This document shows, in pieces, positions 28,101 through 33,063 of a stretch of 33,063 nucleotides of DNA; the stretch's first letter is position 1; each line of letters opens with the position of its first letter. Made by a program: the position numbers and the translations under genes. The stretch is from a virus (taxonomy: Duplodnaviria; Caudoviricetes). The DNA lies in the IMG/VR virus record IMGVR_UViG_3300020345_000380, positions 1 through 33,063 of that record. One strand, 5' to 3'. The notes below the pieces were generated by a model, which saw only the letters and a list, made by a program, of their open reading frames with translations, was not told where the DNA came from and searched no databases.

Positions 28101-28107
28101 TATTTAG
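28101..28107 (-). promoter_or_regulatory. Late promoter motif (CTAAATA) upstream of the glycosyltransferase-like gene
   Basis: TTC-TAA-ATA overlaps the carbamoyltransferase stop, about 35 nt upstream of the ATG at 28066. Confidence 0.55.
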
Positions 28108-29489
28108 AACACGTCAACTGAGTACATTTTAGAAAAGTCTAGGGCATCATCCCAGTTGTTTACCATTGGTTTTCCCTTGATATTCAAAGAAGTATTCAAT
28201 AGTACAGGACAACCAGTTTCTTCATACCATGCCTCTAGAATCGGTCTCAGGATGCTTTCAGAGTCTTTCGGGACTGTTTGTACCCTTGCCGACTTATCAT
28301 AATGTATACAGGCAGGTATATCGTCTGGACGAGTACATTGATAAGTATAAGACATATACCGAGAATGGTCAGGCATATCAAACCAATCGTGGCAATGCTC
28401 TTCGAGAATAGCAGGAGCAAATGGTCTGAACTTCTCCCTTTTTTTGATCGTATTGACGAGATCTTTTGTGGAAATTTCTCTTGGATCCGCAAGAAGACTT
28501 CTGTTACCAAGAGCCCGAGGACCAAACTCTGCACGACCATTTGCAACACCAGCGACCTTATTGTTGAGTAGGCACGTAACCACTTCCTTCGGATCGATCT
28601 GATGAATGATTTCATACCCCAAATACGGGGAAAACTGTACTTTCTTACCATAACCTAATAAAGCAGCACCTAAAGATCCTCCAGCATCACCTGGATTTGG
28701 GAATATCCACATATTTGGAAACTCCTTTTGCATTTTGGCATTGACAACACAGTTGAGTGCTACACCGCCACCATAACATATATTATTACTAAATTCACTT
28801 GCACGGTTGAATAGTTTACGGATTTCGCACTCTAGCACGAATTCGGCACTTTTTGCTACGTTTTCTGGTCTTGACGAGAGAGGTTTCACGCCCCGATGGT
28901 TGTTAAGAGAGAGACGATCACGGACTTCTTCAGTACAACACGGTACACCAAACGCTGCCATACCCATAAAAATATATTCTTCATCTAAAGGACGGAAACC
29001 TGCCCACTTAGTTAACGCAGAATACCACAATCCTATAGAAGCAGGGTATCTCATCTGCCATTTCTTTTCATATACTGCTCTATTATAAGAATTTGTACTT
29101 GCTTTCCATATCGAAGTAGTATCCCATTCTCCTATACTATCAACTACAACAACTGCTGCCTCATCATAAGGAGAAGTTTGAAAGGTAGCAGCAGCATGTG
29201 AGAGATGATGACCCTTATATCTTGTTGGTTTAAGTGCTAAATTTCTTGGTTTGAATACTGTTTTATACTGACCTGCTAATAACTGCCGTGTCTTCTTGAT
29301 CAAAGGTCTTTCAAAGAATATAATATCCTTATCTTGCGACTTCAATTGCCCTATTATTGATAAATCTCGACCTAAATGCTTATCGTGCTTCTTTCCTGTA
29401 TATCTTTCTGAATGTGATGCAAATGATATCTTCCCATCATTTACTACAGATAATGCTGCATCATGAAATCCTTCACTAAATCCAATCAT
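28104..29489 (-). CDS. O-carbamoyltransferase, NodU/CmcH/TobZ family
   Basis: Kae1-like domain motifs HDAA, HHLSHAA, DSIGE, GGVALNCVVN, PGDAGGSLGAA; YrdC-like domain motifs GRAEFGPRALGNRSLLADPR, RE.FRPFAP, SARVQTV, LLNTSLN..G.P.V. Confidence 0.95.
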   Translation of the reverse strand: MIGFSEGFHDAALSVVNDGKISFASHSERYTGKKHDKHLGRDLSIIGQLKSQDKDIIFFERPLIKKTRQLLAGQYKTVFKPRNLALKPTRYKGHHLSHAAATFQTSPYDEAAVVVVDSIGEWDTTSIWKASTNSYNRAVYEKKWQMRYPASIGLWYSALTKWAGFRPLDEEYIFMGMAAFGVPCCTEEVRDRLSLNNHRGVKPLSSRPENVAKSAEFVLECEIRKLFNRASEFSNNICYGGGVALNCVVNAKMQKEFPNMWIFPNPGDAGGSLGAALLGYGKKVQFSPYLGYEIIHQIDPKEVVTCLLNNKVAGVANGRAEFGPRALGNRSLLADPREISTKDLVNTIKKREKFRPFAPAILEEHCHDWFDMPDHSRYMSYTYQCTRPDDIPACIHYDKSARVQTVPKDSESILRPILEAWYEETGCPVLLNTSLNIKGKPMVNNWDDALDFSKMYSVDVF

Positions 29490-30328
29490 TTGACACCATA
29501 ATCATAAGAACCAAAAGAAAAATATCTTTCATTACACCAATAACACATCTTACAGGGCGGTTTTTCAATTTTATAGTCTTCATTATGAACATATGGAGTA
29601 TAAATGCATGATTCTGTCATTGGATAAAGTGTATCCATAAGACCAAAGACTTCAAATTGATGTGCAACAAAAGTCTTATCCAATCCCCACCAAGGCATAT
29701 TTTCCTCTGATCTTATAGCACTAGGTGGTCGATGTGCATTTTGTGCAGACATACCTTCTTTATGATTACGATGAGGGGCAGGAGGACCAGCGAGAGCACA
29801 ATATTTGAGAGTTTTTCTTGTTAAATCTGTACCAGGATAATCTTCAAAGGTTTTATATTCTTCTGTAACATCTAAACTAATATTCTTAGTTGATCCAATA
29901 CAAGCAAGTTGTGAACCAGTATCTTTAACATATTGATTCAACATTGGTTCTACATAAAAATTCTTACCTTTCTCTGACTTATTCCATGTATTTGTAAACT
30001 TTCGTAATTTCTCAGTAGCATATCCTCGTTTCGTAAATGGAAAAAACTTCTGTTCAATCTTGATAGAGGGGAATTGCTCTCGAACAAAGTTTACAACATT
30101 ATTCGTTGTACCTTCAGTATCACCAAATGTCCACAGAGTATCAAGAGCAGTAAAGCAATAGATCTCCAAACTTGGATTATACTCTTCTGCAAACTTTGCA
30201 AAAAGATACAACATAAGAGCAGAATCTAATCCACCCGATACTCTAACTACAACTTTATTATATCCCTTTTCAAAAAACTTTCTATAGAAATGATTTTCAA
30301 TGTCACCATGCCTCAAAACAAGATCCAT
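29486..30328 (-). CDS. QueC-like PP-loop ATPase (adenine nucleotide alpha-hydrolase) with a C-terminal Zn site
   Basis: PP-loop VSGGLDS; C-terminal P....DK..V, T.SC and C..C.WC.ER, as in QueC-family proteins; the central region is divergent. Confidence 0.75.
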   Translation of the reverse strand: MDLVLRHGDIENHFYRKFFEKGYNKVVVRVSGGLDSALMLYLFAKFAEEYNPSLEIYCFTALDTLWTFGDTEGTTNNVVNFVREQFPSIKIEQKFFPFTKRGYATEKLRKFTNTWNKSEKGKNFYVEPMLNQYVKDTGSQLACIGSTKNISLDVTEEYKTFEDYPGTDLTRKTLKYCALAGPPAPHRNHKEGMSAQNAHRPPSAIRSEENMPWWGLDKTFVAHQFEVFGLMDTLYPMTESCIYTPYVHNEDYKIEKPPCKMCYWCNERYFSFGSYDYGVK

Positions 30329-30372
30329 GTCTTTAAAATAATAAGAAGAGTCCTTCTGGAAAACTCACAGAG

Positions 30373-30990
30373 TTAGTTATATAGATCGCTTACTATGTCC
30401 AAAATATGTTTACATATTAACATATGTCCTGCTTCATTTGGATGACCACCTGGTAAATGAGAATCATCTGTAACCATATCTTTTGGAAAAGTTTTCCATG
30501 CCATTGAGTAATCATATTGACATGTACTTGTTTCATCATTCGTCATTAGAATGAGAGGAACACCTTTGACTTTACAATGATCTCTGATAGTAGTATGAAT
30601 AATTCTTTCTTGAAGACGACCAAATCGATCATTATAAATTTGTTCGTAATACTCTTTCCAAAAGGGTCGATGTGCTTCTGTAATAAACTTTTTCTGCCCT
30701 TCATATTTTCTTACTAGGGCATTATTAACAAGTGTAAACCTTCTCCTAGTCTGATCATAATACTCACACCTAGAACGAAAGGTCATTTGTATAATTGCTA
30801 AGTCATATTCCTCTATCTTATGATCTATGAATAACTGTCTTTGTATTCTTTGATTACTTGCACCACCAATACTGTAGTTACATTCCTCTGCACCTAAGTG
30901 ATCTGCAACTAATTTACTAAATCTTGATTTCAAAGGGTCAACGAGTCTCTTACCATAGGTAAAAGAATCTCCATCAAAATATATCTTCAA
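30373..30990 (-). CDS. SGNH/GDSL-like hydrolase or acyltransferase (copy 1)
   Basis: Block I FDGDSFTYG, block II GGASN, C-terminal GGHPNEAGH..I; TTG start preceded by GAGGAAGAGGA. Confidence 0.8.
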   Translation of the reverse strand: MKIYFDGDSFTYGKRLVDPLKSRFSKLVADHLGAEECNYSIGGASNQRIQRQLFIDHKIEEYDLAIIQMTFRSRCEYYDQTRRRFTLVNNALVRKYEGQKKFITEAHRPFWKEYYEQIYNDRFGRLQERIIHTTIRDHCKVKGVPLILMTNDETSTCQYDYSMAWKTFPKDMVTDDSHLPGGHPNEAGHMLICKHILDIVSDLYN

Positions 30991-31076
30991 TCCTCTTCCT
31001 CATATATGAAAGGATCTTCCTTTCTTAATTGCCAAAGTTTATACTGAATTCTTATCCAGTCAATCAATTTTCTCAT
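30987..31076 (-). CDS. 29-aa 'DPFIY' microprotein (not in the ORF track)
   Basis: MRKLIDWIRIQYKLWQLRKEDPFIYEEED*; 4-nt start/stop overlaps with both neighbours (ATGA and TTGA). Confidence 0.7.
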   Translation of the reverse strand: MRKLIDWIRIQYKLWQLRKEDPFIYEEED

Positions 31077-31228
31077 GGATCAATCTTAATAATAACTTGG
31101 TCAGCAGTGTAATGACTTGGTATACCTGCCTGAATCATTTGTCGGAACTCTTTTTGACGTTCCTTTGCTTCTTCTTCTGAAAGATGGTCGAAAACCTGAT
31201 TTCGATCAAGATATACAGAGTAACTCAT
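31073..31228 (-). CDS. Microprotein, 51 aa (not in the ORF track); paralogue-like to 27106-27267
   Basis: MSYSVYLDRNQVFDHLSEEEAKERQKEFRQMIQAGIPSHYTADQVIIKIDP*; ATGA overlaps at both ends. Confidence 0.7.
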   Translation of the reverse strand: MSYSVYLDRNQVFDHLSEEEAKERQKEFRQMIQAGIPSHYTADQVIIKIDP

Positions 31229-31608
31229 AGAATTACGCTCCGTGTAGGAATTCCCTCCTTACCTCTTATATATCTCTTCACAGGTGCTGGCTTATAATCT
31301 CTTCTCCACTCCTCAATCTTCTCCCATCTTTCCTCCTTGAAGAAGTATTGTTGGAAGTACCATATCTCAACAAACTCCTGACCCTTATCTTTGTTACATT
31401 CTGCACAGCAGCATACCATATTGTTGATCGAGTTTGCTCCTCCTTTACCTTGAGCATGTATATGATCTATTGTATCACCCTCTTGTCCACAATATGCACA
31501 ACATCCACTCCACTCATTCTTTATTGCCTTCTTCCACATCCTTGTCGCTTCAGTCTTATTTGTTGCTAATAACTCATACATGTAGTCTTGAGGTTTGCTA
31601 AGAAGCAT
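31225..31608 (-). CDS. HNH endonuclease (Zn-binding, McrA/HNH_5-like)
   Basis: CAYCG...TIDHIH..GKGG.....NMVCCC.ECN.DKG. Confidence 0.9.
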   Translation of the reverse strand: MLLSKPQDYMYELLATNKTEATRMWKKAIKNEWSGCCAYCGQEGDTIDHIHAQGKGGANSINNMVCCCAECNKDKGQEFVEIWYFQQYFFKEERWEKIEEWRRDYKPAPVKRYIRGKEGIPTRSVIL

Positions 31609-31630
31609 AAAGATTTTTGAGTTTCTGTAG

Positions 31631-31637
31631 TATTTAC
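31631..31637 (-). promoter_or_regulatory. Possible late promoter motif (GTAAATA) upstream of the HNH gene
   Basis: TAAATA core about 23 nt upstream of the ATG at 31608, a spacing like the other late motifs in this window. Confidence 0.45.
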
Positions 31638-31639
31638 AC

Positions 31640-31668
31640 TTGACACAAGGTGGGGATACCTATACAAT
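31640..31668 (+). promoter_or_regulatory. sigma70-type (early) promoter
   Basis: TTGACA (31640-31645), 17-nt spacer, TACAAT (31663-31668), at the strand-switch point. Confidence 0.8.
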
Positions 31669-31721
31669 AAGTATTGTTTATAAGAAACCAAAACTAGATA
31701 ATATATGAGATACAACCAAAT

Positions 31722-32093
31722 TTGTTTGACCCTACTAGTAATAGCAGCATGGCTCAATCTATTGTACAAATAAAAGAACCTATGGATAAACATGACATAC
31801 CTATAATAGGAAACTTCTATACAAAGGAAGAAGTAGATAAGATGGTTGCTGCTGCTGTATATGATGCTGTCGAAGAAGCGAAGAAGATAGATGAAGCATC
31901 TATGGCAGAACATAACTTCAAAGCAACTATCATTAGCATGATTCTTGGATTTACATGTCTTGCATTATTCCTTGATGGCACATTACGTTTGTTAGGTATT
32001 ATTCCACCATTTTTAGATATTGATATTAGTATTATAGATAGGGTTAAGGAATTAGTAGAATCTGATCTACTAAAAGAAATCAAATGGCACTAA
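31722..32093 (+). CDS. Hypothetical membrane protein (true start probably the ATG at 31750 or 31781)
   Basis: One hydrophobic segment ATIISMILGFTCLALFL followed by LRLLGIIPPFLDIDI; downstream of the sigma70 promoter. Confidence 0.65.
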   Translation: MFDPTSNSSMAQSIVQIKEPMDKHDIPIIGNFYTKEEVDKMVAAAVYDAVEEAKKIDEASMAEHNFKATIISMILGFTCLALFLDGTLRLLGIIPPFLDIDISIIDRVKELVESDLLKEIKWH

Positions 32094-32317
32094 TATACAT
32101 ATTATTATTTGCAGCCACTGCTGGTATGGCATTCGCCTTTACTTGGAGAGTCATGGGTGCTACAATTGAATTGAATGAGAAACCACCAAAACCTAGACCT
32201 AGAATCCATCCAGAGATGGAAGATGTAAAGAATGGTGAAACACTCCTAGTATTCAATGCAGAACCCTTAGAGGAGGAAGATGACGATGATGGGGACGTTA
32301 TAATAGTAAGACGATGA
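32084..32317 (+). CDS. DUF2973-like small membrane protein
   Basis: N-terminal transmembrane helix followed by HPE..D...GE.LLVF, the pattern of the cyanobacterial DUF2973 family. Confidence 0.65.
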   Translation: MALIYILLFAATAGMAFAFTWRVMGATIELNEKPPKPRPRIHPEMEDVKNGETLLVFNAEPLEEEDDDDGDVIIVRR

Positions 32318-32433
32318 CATTAGCAGCATTACCTATACCAGTCTTTGAATTATCATGTTTAGTATTATCAGTAATCTGGTTGAACGTTTGGTTAGCATCA
32401 AACGGAGTTTATTCGAGGGACGACGATGAGTAA
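32314..32433 (+). CDS. Small single-TM hypothetical protein, 39 aa (not in the ORF track)
   Basis: MTLAALPIPVFELSCLVLSVIWLNVWLASNGVYSRDDDE*; ATGA overlap upstream and 8-nt overlap downstream. Confidence 0.55.
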   Translation: MTLAALPIPVFELSCLVLSVIWLNVWLASNGVYSRDDDE

Positions 32434-32632
32434 GCACCAAACAATTACATTTACAATCACCCAAGAGGGAAAGGTTACACTAGAAGTCAATGGTGTAAAC
32501 TCCCCAGAGTGTGTAAATATCACACAAGGTCTAGAAGAACTCATCGGCACTGTAGAATCACGAGAGTTTAAAGCAGAATACTATCAGAACAATGTCACAC
32601 TTCAGCACAATCAAAACGAAATTCAAGGATGA
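32426..32632 (+). CDS. DUF2997-family protein
   Basis: TI.F.I...G.V..EV.GV....C..IT..LEE.IG.VE.RE...EYYQ; adjacent to a Ycf35-like gene, as in cyanobacteria. Confidence 0.8.
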   Translation: MSKHQTITFTITQEGKVTLEVNGVNSPECVNITQGLEELIGTVESREFKAEYYQNNVTLQHNQNEIQG

Positions 32633-32972
32633 AGATATCCTTCTAAAAGCACTCAGAGTACTTCAATACCCTGCATACATTGATCAGACACTTATCAACC
32701 CAGTCAATCATGTACATGAAGAGGTAGAAGTACAGATTGCTGTAGGTAATAAGATAGGATTCAAATGGAATGGTGATGAGTATGAACTGATTGCTGAATT
32801 AGATGCATGGGATCTTGATGTACCTGTACAAAGATTCATTGATAAGATCTCCCAACAGTATGCAGAGGAACTTGTGGTAGATGCTGCAAGTAAGGAAGGG
32901 TTTCAACTTGAGAACAAGAGTAAAAATGATGGCACTGTAACAATATCAGTGGGTCGATGGGTTGACAACTAG
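32592..32972 (+). CDS. ycf35: Ycf35 / DUF1257-family protein
   Basis: MSHFSTIKT...D...L..AL, IGF.WNG..YEL.A.L..W, F..K..QQYA, ...GF...DG.V...V.RW. Confidence 0.85.
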   Translation: MSHFSTIKTKFKDEDILLKALRVLQYPAYIDQTLINPVNHVHEEVEVQIAVGNKIGFKWNGDEYELIAELDAWDLDVPVQRFIDKISQQYAEELVVDAASKEGFQLENKSKNDGTVTISVGRWVDN

Positions 32973-32990
32973 GAATAAATCTATTATAAT
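32962..32990 (+). promoter_or_regulatory. Perfect-consensus sigma70 promoter for the tRNA
   Basis: TTGACA (32962-32967), 17-nt spacer, TATAAT (32985-32990); 18 nt upstream of the tRNA. Confidence 0.88.
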
Positions 32991-33008
32991 TACAGAGTAA
33001 AGACCACT

Positions 33009-33063
33009 GGGATAGTAGTTCAGTGGTTTAGAACGCTGCCCTGTCACGGCAGAGGTCGTGGGT
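33009..33063 (+). tRNA. tRNA-Asp (GTC), truncated by the window end
   Basis: GGGATAG-TA-GTTC-AGTGGTTTA-GAAC-G-CTGCC-CTGTCAC-GGCAG-AGGTC-GTGGG-T: paired D stem and anticodon stem, anticodon GTC. Confidence 0.93.

Noticed and set aside
26281-29088. ORFs 26281-26463, 26492-26728, 27215-27427, 28229-28411, 28247-28651, 28278-28571 and 28807-29088
   Set aside because: They overlap better-supported minus-strand genes that form a coupled chain.
29486-30328. Calling this gene queC of a 7-deazaguanine DNA-modification pathway
   Set aside because: Only the terminal motifs match and no partner genes are in the window, so it is left as QueC-like.
31348-32083. ORFs 31348-31569 (+), 31566-31913 (-) and 31817-32083 (-)
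   Set aside because: They overlap the HNH gene, the promoter region or the plus-strand operon; no coding signal of their own.
1-33063. CRISPR array, diversity-generating retroelement, intron/intein or stop-codon recoding
   Set aside because: No spaced identical repeats and no reverse transcriptase. Differences between the 1469-2300 duplicates are not adenine-specific. No intein motifs were noticed, and long ORFs translate cleanly with the standard code.

Overview
AT-rich segment of a T4-like marine cyanophage (myovirus) genome; the low GC fits a Prochlorococcus/Synechococcus phage, though this is inferred. Positions 1-25821 (minus strand) are the late baseplate/tail module, in transcription order: gp25, gp6, a gp7-like giant apparently split into two genes, gp8, a VrlC/DUF4815-like 2334-aa protein, several small virion proteins (two from a recent tandem duplication) and a tail fibre that runs off the window and is missing from the ORF track. 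Positions 25854-31608 (minus strand) hold a tightly coupled accessory cassette: HNH nuclease, microprotein, 29-aa 'DPFIY' peptide, SGNH-like enzyme, QueC-like PP-loop ATPase, NodU/CmcH carbamoyltransferase, glycosyltransferase-like protein, a second microprotein paralogue, three small ORFs and a second SGNH-like enzyme. This cassette is the best candidate for an undescribed macromolecule-modification system. After a strand switch at about 31620, sigma70-type promoters drive small host-like genes (DUF2973, DUF2997, Ycf35/DUF1257) and a truncated tRNA-Asp(GTC). Family calls come from motif recognition by eye, not from database searches.
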